A DNA stretch of 63,109 nucleotides, the filler included, from Octopus bimaculoides (Eukaryota), in NCBI RefSeq assembly GCF_001194135.2. It is 6 parts of 6 records of this genome, joined end to end, with 100 filler letters (N's around TTAATTAATTAA, not from the genome) between each part and the next. Parts side by side here need not be neighbours in the genome. Positions count along the whole stretch, not along the records: positions 1 to 27,605 come from NC_068991.1; 5 more parts are not named here. One strand, written 5' to 3'. Below are positions 12,951 through 27,317 of the stretch, piece by piece. Position 1 is the stretch's first letter. Each line of letters starts with the position of its first letter. A program made the translations under genes and the position numbers. Below the pieces are notes generated by a model, which was not told where the DNA came from, ran no database searches, and was given only the letters and a program-made list of their open reading frames with translations.

Positions 12951-14661
12951 NNNNNNNNNNNNNNNNNNNNNNNNNNNNNNNNNNNNNNNNNNNNNNNNNN
13001 NNNNNNNNNNNNNNNNNNNNNNNNNNNNNNNNNNNNNNNNNNNNNNNNNNCTGTGTATGTGTGTTGTGGCGGGGGGTGATATAAATCAGCATGAAGCAAT
13101 GTCATTATTGCCTTGAACCCGGAGACAATGTAAATATGAAACAAGCTACGGTCACATATTTTAAATAAATAATCACCGCTTAAACTGCGTTTTATACATG
13201 CTTGAATGACTGATTAGAGTTCTTTAAATTTTTGTGAAATCCACTATGTTTAGTGCTAATATACATATTTTAGTTATTAAAACTATTATTCTTTTATGTG
13301 ATCGAGTGTGGATATATCTTCATCCGGTTGGTCGATAATCTTTAACGTTGCAGGAAAATTATAAAGATTAAATGTTTTATATGGAAGGTAAAAACTTGTA
13401 ACAAAGAATAATTCCTATGGCAGACGTTTTTGATACATTTATACCATTTCATAATTATTTAACGTTGAAGCTGTTGTTAATTATATTTAGGTTTTTCTAA
13501 AATATTTCCGATATACCTCAGCAAAGCAGCAAGTGGAGCTGTGACATACCATTTATACGAAAATATATGATCCTTCATTAAAGAAATATAAATCTCAAAG
13601 ATTGTTTTCCGTTCATTAATATTGTTATTAATGTTGCTATTTACAAGTCTTTGATGAGAGATCTTATATTTTCATATTTAGGTTATTTTAACAGTTCCTC
13701 CACTTTTCTTGAAACAATGATAGGCATTATATATATANNNNNNNNNNNNNNNNNNNNNNNNNNNNNNNNNNNNNNNNNNNNNNNNNNNNNNNNNNNNNNN
13801 NNNNNNNNNNNNNNNNNNNNNNNNNNNNNNNNNNNNNNNNNNNNNNNNNNNNNNNNNNNNNNNNNNNNNNNNNNNNNNNNNNNNNNNNNNNNNNNNNNNN
13901 NNNNNNNNNNNNNNNNNNNNNNNNNNNNNNNNNNNNNNNNNNNNNNNNNNNNNNNNNNNNNNNNNNNNNNNNNNNNNNNNNNNNNNNNNNNNNNNNNNNN
14001 NNNNNNNNNNNNNNNNNNNNNNNNNNNNNNNNNNNNNNNNNNNNNNNNNNNNNNNNNNNNNNNNNNNNNNNNNNNNNNNNNNNNNNNNNNNNNNNNNNNN
14101 NNNNNNNNNNNNNNNNNNNNNNNNNNNNNNNNNNNNNNNNNNNNNNNNNNNNNNNNNNNNNNNNNNNNNNNNNNNNNNNNNNNNNNNNNNNNNNNNNNNN
14201 NNNNNNNNNNNNNNNNNNNNNNNNNNNNNNNNNNNNNNNNNNNNNNNNNNNNNNNNNNNNNNNNNNNNNNNNNNNNNNNNNNNNNNNNNNNNNNNNNNNN
14301 NNNNNNNNNNNNNNNNNNNNNNNNNNNNNNNNNNNNNNNNNNNNNNNNNNNNNNNNNNNNNNNNNNNNNNNNNNNNNNNNNNNNNNNNNNNNNNNNNNNN
14401 NNNNNNNNNNNNNNNNNNNNNNNNNNNNNNNNNNNNNNNNNNNNNNNNNNNNNNNNNNNNNNNNNNNNNNNNNNNNNNNNNNNNNNNNNNNNNNNNNNNN
14501 NNNNNNNNNNNNNNNNNNNNNNNNNNNNNNNNNNNNNNNNNNNNNNNNNNNNNNNNNNNNNNNNNNNNNNNACAGACTCTGATGTTAAAGTCATGTGGTT
14601 TGTGGAAATGCGCGTAGCATTGTTTTAAATATGTATAAATCCCATCCTAGATATAGATAGG

Positions 14662-14726
<65 letters not shown>

Positions 14727-14960
14727 GTGTGAAGGCGCGTAACCTGGTGATTACGGCGTTGCACTCACGAGCGTGTGATCGTGGTTTCGATTCCCACAGC
14801 GGCTGTGTGTTGTGTTCTTGACCAAAACACTTCATTTCACGTTGCTCCTGTCCCCTCATCTGTAAATGGAGAACCCTGTTGTGGACTGAAGTTCCATTCG
14901 GAGAAAATGTTGATCTGCCAGCCTAGCTGGTCGGGTGATAAGCACTTTGTGAGCAGCCAT
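14727..14960 (+). mobile_element. CORE-like SINE (tRNA head, CORE-like block, distinct tail)
   Basis: Head gtgtgaaggcgcgt...ggtttcgattcc; CORE-like cttgaccaaaacacttcatttcacgttgctcc...ctcatctgtaaatgg. Confidence 0.7.
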
Positions 14961-15029
14961 TTATAACATCCGATAGTCTGGTCAATACCGTAATACTGTC
15001 GTATACACAGACACACACACAGACACACA

Positions 15030-15066
<37 letters not shown>

Positions 15067-15168
15067 ACACACACACATGACTTAATCGGCACAATAACAG
15101 TGACGATTAAAATTTTCTTTTATGGTTTTATATTGCTCGTAGCTGCTTATATCAATTTATACATATGA

Positions 15169-15252
<84 letters not shown>

Positions 15253-15983
15253 TTATTTATTTATTTATTCATTATTTATTTATTTATAAACAGACATATA
15301 TATCTGCACATATATACATACAGATTTATGTGTACATATACACGTATGTATATATTAAATGTACTTCAGAATATATTTATAGTTTTTTGTTCGCACACTA
15401 TATAATAAAAAGTTATTTGTTAAAACAGTATTTCAATGGAGAGGAAAAAACATGGGGTCAGCTGAACTTGTTTCAATTCCGTGTGAAGTTATCATAAAGA
15501 ACTAAGTTCACTCTTTAACTATTCCTGGAAACACTGCTTACAACCTACTATCTTAAAATTCGTCAGTTAATCGAATAGACAGAAATATTATTTAACTAAA
15601 TCAGTTAAACTAAAGCACTCCGAACGGGCAAATATTTTATTAATGCAAATAGCTGCCAAGAATGCGTTTATATACTTCATGTCTAATCAATTAGTTATAG
15701 AGCGTTTATCAATAATGTTTTGAATGATACTCGTTTGTTGATGAAATCCCAATATAGAATTGACAATCGTATGATCGATACGTCTTTCTGTACCCGCGAA
15801 TATATAAATATATTATTTATACACAGACAAGACGTTTACATTTGTCTGTTACATACAGTGCTTGGTAAAGTCTGTAGATATATGCCTAAGCCTCGACTGT
15901 ATCTTCTATACCAACGACGAAGCATATAAGTGCATGAGAAATTTCTCACAGATATGTGTATGAGTGTATGTGAATGTGTAAGA

Positions 15984-16053
<70 letters not shown>

Positions 16054-17959
16054 GTGCGTATGTGCGTTCTATTAGTCGAGCTAGTCTCTTGCTGCCCTGA
16101 CTTTCGCTTGTGGGTGCTCAGAACCTTCAGGTAGCCAGAGCAATTGTCTGNNNNNNNNNNNNNNNNNNNNNNNNNNNNNNNNNNNNNNNNNNNNNNNNNN
16201 NNNNNNNNNNNNNNNNNNNNNNNNNNNNNNNNNNNNNNNNNNNNNNNNNNNNNNNNNNNNNNNNNNNNNNNNNNNNNNNNNNNNNNNNNNNNNNNNNNNN
16301 NNNNNNNNNNNNNNNNNNNNNNNNNNNNNNNNNNNNNNNNNNNNNNNNNNNNNNNNNNNNNNNNNNNNNNNNNNNNNNNNNNNNNNNNNNNNNNNNNNNN
16401 NNNNNNNNNNNNNNNNNNNNNNNNNNNNNNNNNNNNNNNNNNNNNNNNNNNNNNNNNNNNNNNNNNNNNNNNNNNNNNNNNNNNNNNNNNNNNNNNNNNN
16501 NNNNNNNNNNNNNNNNNNNNNNNNNNNNNNNNNNNNNNNNNNNNNNNNNNNNNNNNNNNNNNNNNNNNNNNNNNNNNNNNNNNNNNNNNNNNNNNNNNNN
16601 NNNNNNNNNNNNNNNNNNNNNNNNNNNNNNNNNNNNNNNNNNNNNNNNNNNNNNNNNNNNNNNNNNNNNNNNNNNNNNNNNNNNNNNNNNNNNNNNNNNN
16701 NNNNNNNNNNNNNNNNNNNNNNNNNNNNNNNNNNNNNNNNNNNNNNNNNNNNNNNNNNNNNNNNNNNNNNNNNNNNNNNNNNNNNNNNNNNNNNNNNNNN
16801 NNNNNNNNNNNNNNNNNNNNNNNNNNNNNNNNNNNNNNNNNNNNNNNNNNNNNNNNNNNNNNNNNNNNNNNNNNNNNNNNNNNNNNNNNNNNNNNNNNNN
16901 NNNNNNNNNNNNNNNNNNNNNNNNNNNNNNNNNNNNNNNNNNNNTATATATATATATATATATATATATATCCATATTTCATAGTCGTTAACAGCCCGAC
17001 GTGGGGTGAAACTATGAATAGACTGTTAGCATTTTATATAATATACTGATCTATGCACTTTGACCAGAGTGCTGAGTACTTGCACTGCGCAACATATGCG
17101 TTTAATATATTTCATGACTCTTACACTACGATAACATGTGTGTTTCTGTCAGTAAGCATGTTTGTTTGTTTGCGTATGCGTGCTTGTTTGTGCGTGTGTT
17201 TATGCATGTATGATGGGAATCATTTTATATATGAATGAATGTATGTATTTATAACTTATCGAATAATGAGCATAACCAGATAACGTATGAAATGTATAAT
17301 TAATTTTGACATTTGAAGCCCCCAAACTCAAAACAGCACTAATGTAATAAACCAGTAAGAGAAAACACATCAGTAGATTATTCAAGCGTTAATCAAAACC
17401 AGTAATATAATAGGTTTAATAAATATTCCATGAATATTCTAAATCTATAAATCGATAGCAAATCACCCTTCGACCGAGAGATGATGAAATGGCATAGGGA
17501 AGTACAAGCATAACTGCAGGGTTATTTTCCCCTCATTTCTCATTTATGTTTTGTAGGTGTGTACATCAATGCGCACTTTATGTGATGCTAAATTGCGTAC
17601 GTTTAAATATTTAAAAGTGTGTGCGTATAAGTGCTTATATGTATGTATGTATGCATGTATGCATGTATGTATGTGTGTATGTATGTATGTATGTGTGTAT
17701 GTGTGTATGTGTGTATGTGTGTATGTATGTATGTATGTGTATGTATGTATGTATGCATGTATGTGTGTATGTATATATGCATGTATGTGTGTATGTATGT
17801 GTATATATATATCTATATCTATCTACTTCTCTCTTTTTTTCTCTCTCTCTCACTCTCTCTCTCACATACATACACACATACATACACACATACACACATA
17901 CACACATACATACACACATGCACACATACATACACACATACACACACACATATATATAT

Positions 17960-18011
<52 letters not shown>

Positions 18012-19215
18012 AACTTACTTGGAAAAGGTTGCGTGGTGTTCGATCATATAATAATATAAACAATATATAAATATATGCATATATCCATACATATATTTAC
18101 ATACCTACATCTATATGTATACATACATGCATATATGAGTACAAGACATCAAAAGAACGTTAAACACAATGAGAAACGAAAACATAAAAACGAAGCCATA
18201 AAAAACGAACTTTTTTTGAACAACGGAAAAAACAGAGAAACGAGACATGAAACATAAAGAGAATACTCCTTCGTCAGTTGTCCCTGTTTCATCNNNNNNN
18301 NNNNNNNNNNNNNNNNNNNNNNNNNNNNNNNNNNNNNNNNNNNNNNNNNNNNNNNNNNNNNNNNNNNNNNNNNNNNNNNNNNNNNNNNNNNNNNNNNNNN
18401 NNNNNNNNNNNNNNNNNNNNNNNNNNNNNNNNNNNNNNNNNNNNNNNNNNNNNNNNNNNNNNNNNNNNNNNNNNNNNNNNNNNNNNNNNNNNNNNNNNNN
18501 NNNNNNNNNNNNNNNNNNNNNNNNNNNNNNNNNNNNNNNNNNNNNNNNNNNNNNNNNNNNNNNNNNNNNNNNNNNNNNNNNNNNNNNNNNNNNNNNNNNN
18601 NNNNNNNNNNNNNNNNNNNNNNNNNNNNNNNNNNNNNNNNNNNNNNNNNNNNNNNNNNNNNNNNNNNNNNNNNNNNNNNNNNNNNNNNNNNNNNNNNNNN
18701 NNNNNNNNNNNNNNNNNNNNNNNNNNNNNNNNNNNNNNNNNNNNNNNNNNNNNNNNNNNNNNNNNNNNNNNNNNNNNNNNNNACATACACACATACACAC
18801 ACACATATATATATATACATATTAGTGAGGGATTATCAATCCGGGCAAGATGCTTTATAAATTCTGCGTTAGTAACACCAGGCTAACATTATCGTTTAGA
18901 TTAGCAATGAATTCCATATATTCTTGTGGCAGGATCCGAGGTTATAGTTTATCTCAATCCCATACTGTAAATACCCGGTTGTACCCCAGTTATAGTGGCG
19001 TTTACACTGTGTGATATACAAGACAAAACTTAAATAACTGTCACCACATAGTTTTCTTTATTGTAACAATAAATGAAAAATATGTAATGACCATTGTTTA
19101 TATGTTGTATTATGTGCTTATATCTATATCTATCTATCGGTCTGTCTGTCTATCTGTTTGTATGTATGTATGTATGTATGCCAGGTCACTCTTGAGAGCT
19201 ACTTGAAACATGTAA

Positions 19216-19542
19216 CCCAGTACAACCTGTTATACGGTCGGGTCGTCAGCGACTAAACCAAGCCTGTCTGGTATAGAGTCTAGCTTTTGGACACTGCGGA
19301 ATGAAAAATTAGGCCGTCAAAAGGCAGATGAATTTAGGAAAGTCAACGGGCACCCAATTAAAACAACCGGGGGTGATGATCTAGATATTTTTACAGCATC
19401 CTTCAAGGAGAAAAACACTGATGTAAACCTTGCAGTTTCACGCGATATCTGGTTATCTCGTTCCGGCCTGTCACAAGATGCTAATTACAGGGACTCAGAG
19501 TGTAGCACTTGTGCTGTACCAGCATTTATTACTGTAATCTAA
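19216..19542 (+). other. 108-codon stop-free frame without ATG in a GC-elevated unique island (possible exon)
   Basis: Reads ...ESSFWTLRNEKLGRQKADEFRKVNGHPIKTTGGDDLDIFTASFKEKNTDVNLAVSRDIWLSRSGLSQDANYRDSECSTCAVPAFITVI*. No recognisable domain. Confidence 0.25.
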
Positions 19543-20753
19543 TGACGTACAGATGTCTCTTTATGGTGACCTCGTTTGTCATTCCATCTACAGAAAGTCT
19601 TTTAGTGATGGTAGAGTGGTTATGTGTGCAAACTTAACCATATGGAAGCGCATAGCTATGCAGATCTGCAGCGAGACACTATTGCCATCTGAGAGGTTAT
19701 GTTCGGAAAATAATCAGTATTGCCATTGTCAACGAAAAAACAAAACGAAACGGCAATCATCTGTGAATACGGAGCAGTTACCGTATAATATATTTATTTT
19801 TAATGTAATCTATGTATCAGGTTGAATAAATAGTACAGGATTATCAAGGAAAATATGGCAACTGAAAAGAAATACACAATTAAATGGAAGATTTTATCAC
19901 ACGCACTAAGATACAAAATTAATGATAAATTCTGTCTAAGAAGAAAACTATAAAACATTGAAAAGAAAAGGAAACCTTATTAACATGAGAAATGAAAAAG
20001 TATTTTCATGTAAACACATAAACAATATCTACTTATTACGCTTAAGTGAAATATAAATGGGATTTGATGTCAGTTAAAAATTAAAATCCAGTTTTAAAAC
20101 TATAGCTACATATGAATATATTAAATTAATAACTGGAATTAGGCATTATAATAGAGGTATAATGTATATTAAGTAACAAGAACGCTATAAAGCCTAAATA
20201 GTCAAAAAAATGTAATAGAAATTATACTCAACTAAAATTGATTATAACTATGTGTGTATATATATGAATATATTGTATATGAGAGAGTATCTGTTCATGT
20301 GTATGTATGGACATGTGAATATATATGTGTATACAGGTATATACACATATAAGTGTATATTTATGGATTTACGTGTATGCGTGTATGTGAACATATTGGT
20401 TATATATATATATATATATGCATATTTTTCTGTGTATGTGAATAAGTATGAATATGGGTATATATAACAAGTATAAAATGTACTTTTATATCGAAAGTAT
20501 AATATAAAATATCTATATGGTTTGAGTATATTATAAGTAATATGAATGTAAATATTTCTGGGGCAAAATAATATATTACCATTATATAGTAATAAAATTA
20601 ATGAATGAAGAAATAACCCCTCTTATAGGATCACAATAACTAATATTGATATATATAATTGAAGAAGAAATCCTCTCTCCTATATTATGATTTTTGGGGC
20701 TATGTAGTATACAAATTTACATTATGTTGATGATATACATTTATTTTTTATGT

Positions 20754-21895
20754 TGTATTGCTTAATGTAATTATGAATTGTATTATTATGTAATATAGAT
20801 GTATATATGTGTATATGTATTTTATACGTATAAGTGTGCATATGATTACTGAAGCAATATGATGTATACATATTATTGAGAGCAAGATCAAATATATGAC
20901 TGCATATACTAATATGTTTATATATTAAGAATTTAGTACTGGTCAATTAGTACATTCGCCCATGGATCTATATCTGAATAAACATGTATGTATGAGCATA
21001 TATAAAAAATATATATGCATATATATGTATGTGAATATATATGTATGTATATACATACATATATATATATATNNNNNNNNNNNNNNNNNNNNNNNNNNNN
21101 NNNNNNNNNNNNNNNNNNNNNNNNNNNNNNNNNNNNNNNNNNNNNNNNNNNNNNNNNNNNNNNNNNNNNNNNNNNNNNNNNNNNNNNNNNNNNNNNNNNN
21201 NNNNNNNNNNNNNNNNNNNNNNNNNNNNNNNNNNNNNNNNNNNNNNNNNNNNNNNNNNNNNNNNNNNNNNNNNNNNNNNNNNNNNNNNNNNNNNNNNNNN
21301 NNNNNNNNNNNNNNNNNNNNNNNNNNNNNNNNNNNNNNNNNNNNNNNNNNNNNNNNNNNNNNNNNNNNNNNNNNNNNNNNNNNNNNNNNNNNNNNNNNNN
21401 NNNNNNNNNNNNNNNNNNNNNNNNNNNNNNNNNNNNNNNNNNNNNNNNNNNNNNNNNNNNNNNNNNNNNNNNNNNNNNNNNNNNNNNNNNNNNNNNNNNN
21501 NNNNNNNNNNNNNNNNNNNNNNNNNNNNNNNNNNNNNNNNNNNNNNNNNNNNNNNNNNNNNNNNNNNNNNNNNNNNNNNNNNNNNNNNNNNNNNNNNNNN
21601 NNNNNNNNNNNNNNNNNNNNNNNNNNNNNNNNNNNNNNNNNNNNNNNNNNNNNNNNNNNNNNNNNNNNNNNNNNNNNNNNNNNNNNNNNNNNNNNNNNNN
21701 NNNNNNNNNNNNNNNNNNNNNNNNNNNNNNNNNNNNNNNNNNNNNNNNNNNNNNNNNNNNNNNNNNNNNNNNNNNNNNNNNNNNNNNTGTATTGCTTAAT
21801 GTAATTATGAATTGTATTATTATGTAATATAGATGTATATATGTGTATATGTATTTTATACGTATAGATGCGCACATGCTTACTGAGGCAATATG
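20754..21895. repeat. ~105-bp direct duplication on either side of a gap (20754-20860 and 21789-21895)
   Basis: tgtattgcttaatgtaattatgaattg...ttttatacgtata is identical, then diverges by scattered substitutions. Confidence 0.85.
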
Positions 21896-22100
21896 GCAGA
21901 AACATTGGCACGCCGGGCGAAATGCTTAGCGGTATTTCGTCTGTCTTTACGTTCTGAGGTCAAATTCCGCTGAGTTCGACTTTGCCTTTCATCCTTTCGG
22001 GGTCGATTAAATAAGTACGAGTTACGCACCGGGGTCGATATGATGTCCTTGTTTGTCCCCTCTATATTTAGCCCCTTGTGGGCAGTAAAGAAATAAGAAA
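21893..22100 (+). mobile_element. SINE family A, variant-tail subfamily
   Basis: Consensus head and core plus the tail tgtccttgtttgtcccctctat.tttagccccttgtgggc.gtaaagaaataag, also seen at 22735 and 49070. Confidence 0.9.
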
Positions 22101-22734
22101 CAGAGTTACTGATTTGTTTTGCCAATACAATCCCTTATTATTTCCTCTTCGTAGCGGAGATAAACAAATGATAACTGGAATTAACAATGTATTCTATTTG
22201 AATATAAGTATGAAATGTTATCTCCCCTTATATTGAAAATGATAATATAAGAGAAATAATTAATGTATTGGTTTAGAACATTATTTTTTTTTAGTAATCT
22301 ATAATACTAATACTGGGGCATTAATATAATTAATAAGAAATTGATGAAATACATCATTTTATTGAAGTGTATTTAATGACAAGGTAAATAAGTATATTTA
22401 GTTTGTGTCACTTACGATAGGAACATACTAATCCGAAAAGTAGGTTAAGGATCATAGAACAAAACATATATTTACGTAAATGCAACGACTAAATGGACGA
22501 TATCTTTAAATAAATATATCACGCTATTAACTGAAATATAATTAATGTAATTAAATAATAGTATTATGAATTGATTGAATTTATTACATGTAATGAACAG
22601 AAAAAAATATCGGTTATCTTATATTGTTGTTTCTGACTAAACACGGGGTTAAAAATGTATATGAGATATGATAGATGGCAGTTACTAAAATGTTAAAATG
22701 GTTATTTTTTTAATACATAACCTCATATATGGTA

Positions 22735-22958
22735 TTTATTTCTTTATTGCCCACAGGAGGCTAAACATAGAGGGGACAAACAAGGACAGACAAAGGGATT
22801 AAGTCGACTTCAGTGCGTAACTGGTACTTATTTAATCGACCCCGAAAGGATGATATGCGAAGTCGACCTCCGCGGAATTTGAACTCAGAACGTAACGGCA
22901 GATGAAATATCGCAAAGCATTTCGCTCAGCGTGCTAACGATACTGCTAGCTCGCAGCT
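22735..22958 (-). mobile_element. SINE family A, variant-tail subfamily, inverted relative to the 21893 copy
   Basis: cccacaggaggctaaacatagaggggacaaacaaggaca...gaccccgaaagg...gaatttgaactcagaacg. Confidence 0.9.
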
Positions 22959-24132
22959 TACCCCTTATATAGTATTTCAAGATGTACATATGCATACTTT
23001 TTTGACCAGCGATTAAGGGAGAAACGAGGCCGATGTTTACTTAGATATACTGGGAGGGAGTAATGAGTAGACAATCATACGAGCGAAAGGAACTGAATAC
23101 TAGCAAAGTTACTCTTGTAAGCTTCAGTTCTAAATTTGAATTAGCGAGTGAAAGGAAAAAATATAAATTAGAAACCGAAACTAATATAAAATTATCGTAA
23201 AGAAGAAAACTAAAGGTACTAATTTTAAATATTTAAATATTTAATTATTATCAACAGATAAGCTCCATAGGACATAATATAATAATGTGTGTTACTTCTG
23301 TTGAAATGCCTATTCTTCAATTATATACGTGAAATATGGTCTTTAACCACTGAAACAGCTGCCTGGTTAAATTAAATAAATAATCCATATTAGCGTCAAA
23401 ACATGCTCCATTTATTTGTTGACATTTATTGGACTCCGTCTAGTACATTGATTCTTCTAATGATTTATATATATACACACACACATTCCTATATATATTA
23501 TATTATGTATGTATGTGTGCGTGAGAGAGAGCCTATGTGTGCATATGTATTTATGTGTTTGTGTGTGTGTGTCACTTCCATCATTTGCCAACTTGGTGTT
23601 GCGTTATTTATGTCCCCGTAACTTAGCAACTAGACAAAAAGCGCAGTACAAGACTAAAAACGAAGAGATTAGAGAAGGAGACGTAGAAACCAACAAACCA
23701 TCATACATCCAAACACTTTACACCAACACAATTACAAATATCTCCAGCACTTCAAACACCTCAACAACCGAAAACATAGCAATCCAGACCAACAAGACAC
23801 GAACAGCATTCCCAAGGCATCGTCAGTTACACGATCATAGATACAAACAACAAGAACTTAATAAGACATATTCAAAAATACACAGACACTAAACCAAATG
23901 AATGTATCGTACCCCAACATAGCTCCTTTATTCGCATAAAAATTGTAAAAGGAACGCAAGAAACTGAAAGCAAAATGTCCCAAGATTTCTGTGGGACCAT
24001 AAACCAAAGACTCTACAAAGATATGCTTATGGAGATACCCATAAATAGCCAGAAGGACAGAACACCTGTGTCTCCACAGAAATAGGGTTAGTGATGCTCT
24101 TCTGTACCCTTCTCTTTGCCTTGCTCAGAAAA

Positions 24133-24773
24133 GGCAGTATAAATGTAGAAGGACTGGGGTCGCCTTTGAAACGGGGCCATCTACTCAATGACCTCAGGTC
24201 ACTAAGTATATATGTCATGGCTATCAGTGAGGACAGACTCTCCAATCGATAAGCTTTCACGTCCATTTTCGGTGGCTACAAGATTTACTTATTTCTATGT
24301 CAACCGGGATTGGTGGGTGCGAACTGCATTGTTGTTCCGGAGAGGTCTGGATCACAATTTTAGGGTCATTCTTACTGGACCCAGAAGTACGTTTTTAGTC
24401 CTGGACGGAAACAGTAAGGACTGGGATGCTGGTGGTTGTCTATGCCCCGTCAGGGGTAGAGCAGCCAGATTTTTTCAGACGTCTAGCGGTTTTCCTGAGG
24501 ACGTCTCGACCTTTAGTGCTGATGGGTGACTGGAACGCCATCTTGGACGCACGTATAGATTGCATGAAGCTAGCTATTAGAAGAGCAAGGTGCAAAAGCC
24601 TCGTAAACTTGCCCAAACGTTTCCAATGTCTCACAGATAACGACAGGTCGTATCTTGATAGAGTATTCAGTAGACCAGTAGAAAAGGATAGCATATTTTG
24701 TTCATCTTTTAAAATCGTCGGCAATACATACTACAAATGTTTGATCTACACGATCGACCAAGAAGCTTCGTAG
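24133..24773 (+). mobile_element. decayed L1/Tx1-like endonuclease region
   Basis: GSINVEGLGSPLKRGHLLNDLRSLSIYVMAISED (motif I), LDPEVR, LVVVYAPSG..FF..L...LVLMGDWNAILD and SYLDRVF occur in the order expected for an L1/Tx1 EN, with frameshifts and an internal deletion. Confidence 0.85.
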
Positions 24774-24799
24774 GCAAGGTACCTGCTAAGAACAATAAC

Positions 24800-25200
24800 C
24801 CTTTCTACCATAGGCACAAGGCCTAAAATCTGAAGGGAGGGGTTAAGTCAATCACATCGATTCCAGTACACAACTGGTACTTAATTTATCGACCACGAAG
24901 GGATGAAAGGCAAAGTTGACTCCGGCGGAACTTGAACTCAGAACGTAGCGACGGGCGAAATACCGCCTCAGCTACAACTAATAATAATAATGAGACAAGA
25001 TGGGAGAATCGTTACTGCGCCGGATAAAATGCTTACCGGCATTTCCTTTGTCTTTACGTTCCAAATTCAAATTCCGGCGTGGCCGACTTTGCCGCTCATT
25101 CTTTTCAAGATCGATGAAATAAGTACCAGTCGAGCAATGGGGTCGATGTAATTCACTAGCTTCTACCCCAATTTTCAAGCCTTATGCCTATAGTAGAAAG
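24800..25200. mobile_element. head-to-head pair of SINE family A copies (~24800-24965 minus, ~24990-25200 plus)
   Basis: Consensus core present in opposite orientations, separated by a short (AAT)n. Confidence 0.8.
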
Positions 25201-25529
25201 GATTGTTGCTTTATTGTTGTTGCTGTTGTTGATGTTGTTTTTGTTGTTGTTATTTCTAACTCTACAATTAACTTAACTCAACGAAGATAGTTTCCTAAAT
25301 ACGAACAATGCATGAATATTTGACTGTTAGATTAGGATATCTGGACAGCGGCGGGGATGTTCGGTGATGGCGCTTTGGTTATCATCACTGTGCCGGCACT
25401 GTGTCGCGTAGCAACTCACGGAGGACACTAAGGCTTCGGGGCGGCTGTGCAGAAATGACAACAAGCAACTGACATGAAAAGATATATTTATATATTTATG
25501 TTGCTTGGGGATACATACGCGTGCGAACG

Positions 25530-25566
<37 letters not shown>

Positions 25567-25792
25567 TCACTCACAAACGCATATTCGGTTAGAGGTTTGG
25601 CCCCCCAATAAACCACATTTTCATAGCTTGAATAATTTTTATTGTTTTAATAAAAAGTCTTCTAATGAATGTTTACTGAGTTATGGAGCATATAAAAAAT
25701 AAATTGCACTCGTTTTAGCCGGCAACGCTTACATGCACACACATGCACACATACACACGTACGTATGCACACGCATGTGTGTGTGTGCGTGC

Positions 25793-25846
<54 letters not shown>

Positions 25847-25944
25847 ATATATATATACAGATCTATAAAAACACACTCATGTATACATGTATACGTATAA
25901 GTGAATGATGTGTGTGTGTGTGTGTATTTTTTTTACTTTTTTAT

Positions 25945-26155
25945 TCTTTTACTTCTTTCAGTCATTTTTACTGTGGCCATGCTGGGTTACCGCCTTTTAG
26001 TTGAAGAAATCGCTCCCTCGACGTATTCTTTGTAAGCCTGGTACTTATTCTATCGGTCTCTTTTGTCGAACCGCAAATGTTACGGGGACGTAAAAACACC
26101 AACATCTGTTGTCAGCGATAGTGGGGGAGGGACAAACACTGACAGCAACACACAA

Positions 26156-26196
<41 letters not shown>

Positions 26197-26247
26197 ACAT
26201 GTACATATACATATGTATACATATACATATACATACACACACGCGCA

Positions 26248-26333
<86 letters not shown>

Positions 26334-26455
26334 GGGTTTCTTTCAGTTTCCGTCTACCAAATCCACACACAAGGCTTTGGTCGGCCCGTGACTACAGTAG
26401 AAGCCACTTGCTCAAGTAGCCACGCAGTGGGACTGAACCCGGAACCATGGGCTTG
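25945..26455 (-). mobile_element. SINE family C (CORE-like) with an expanded internal (TG)n/(TA)n microsatellite
   Basis: Head/CORE part ggttccgggttcagtcccactgcgtggc..gaccaaagccttgtgtgtggatttggtagacggaaactgaaagaa, then ~200 bp of microsatellite, then the tail ..gaccgatagaataagtaccaggcttacaaagaat. Confidence 0.9.
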
Positions 26456-26909
26456 ATATATACAGAGACAGACAGACAGACAGACAGACAGTCAGAGACA
26501 GAAAGACAGACAAACAGGCTAATAGCCAGTCAGGCAGGCAGTAGGCAGGCAGTCAGGCAGACATGTGAGATTTACATACATATATGGATGTGTATGTAGC
26601 AAATATGTGTAATTTTGTATATGTGTACGTGTGTGGAGGAGAATGCAAACAAAAACGTTTTAAAATTTACGGAGAAGCAAATATATAAAAGCAAAAGGGA
26701 ATAAAAAAAAAAAAATGAAAATCTGAATTCGTGAGAGAGTTTCTTGCATTATCGAAACAAATAAATCCTACAAAAATACTAATTATAAAAACAACAGTTT
26801 GAATAGAAATAAAATTATGAATCCCCCACGTTGTTCATTCGGAATCTAATCTAATATTTTTATTCTTGAGGATATCAAGCAATAATGAAAATAAAAAAAA
26901 AGAACATAC

Positions 26910-27014
26910 CGGCAGTCACTGTATGGAGATAAGCATCCAGTGAACCGAAACTATGCCCGCCAGTTTTGATTCCCAGTTGTATTTGCTTCACTTTTATTTA
27001 CGTTACAAATATTC
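26910..27014 (-). other. candidate 105-nt internal exon (no fully open frame)
   Basis: Acceptor tttttttccccccAG|gaat and donor ccg|GTATGT followed by a T-rich tract. Two frames each carry a single stop. Confidence 0.4.
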
Positions 27015-27317
27015 CTGGGGGGAAAAAAATCCATTGTTCACCTCTTCTAACCAGAAAAGAATCTAATTAATAATAATGGTTTCATATTTTTGGCACAAGG
27101 CCAGCAATTTCGGGGTAGGCCGTAAGTCGTTTAAATTGACCTCAGTGCTCAACTAGTACTTATTTTATCGACTTCGAAAGGATGAAAGGTAATGACAACC
27201 TCGGTGGATATTTGAAGTCAGAACGTAAAAAGGATCAGACTTCCTGGTAGATAAGAAATAATAATAATAATATTAATAATAATAATAATTATTATTATTA
27301 TTATTATTATTATTATT

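Noticed and set aside
23640-24130. A/C-rich stretch upstream of the Tx1-like endonuclease as its ORF1
   Set aside because: Compositionally suggestive, but there is no CCHC or RRM motif, and the long ORF here starts inside a microsatellite and SINE fragment.
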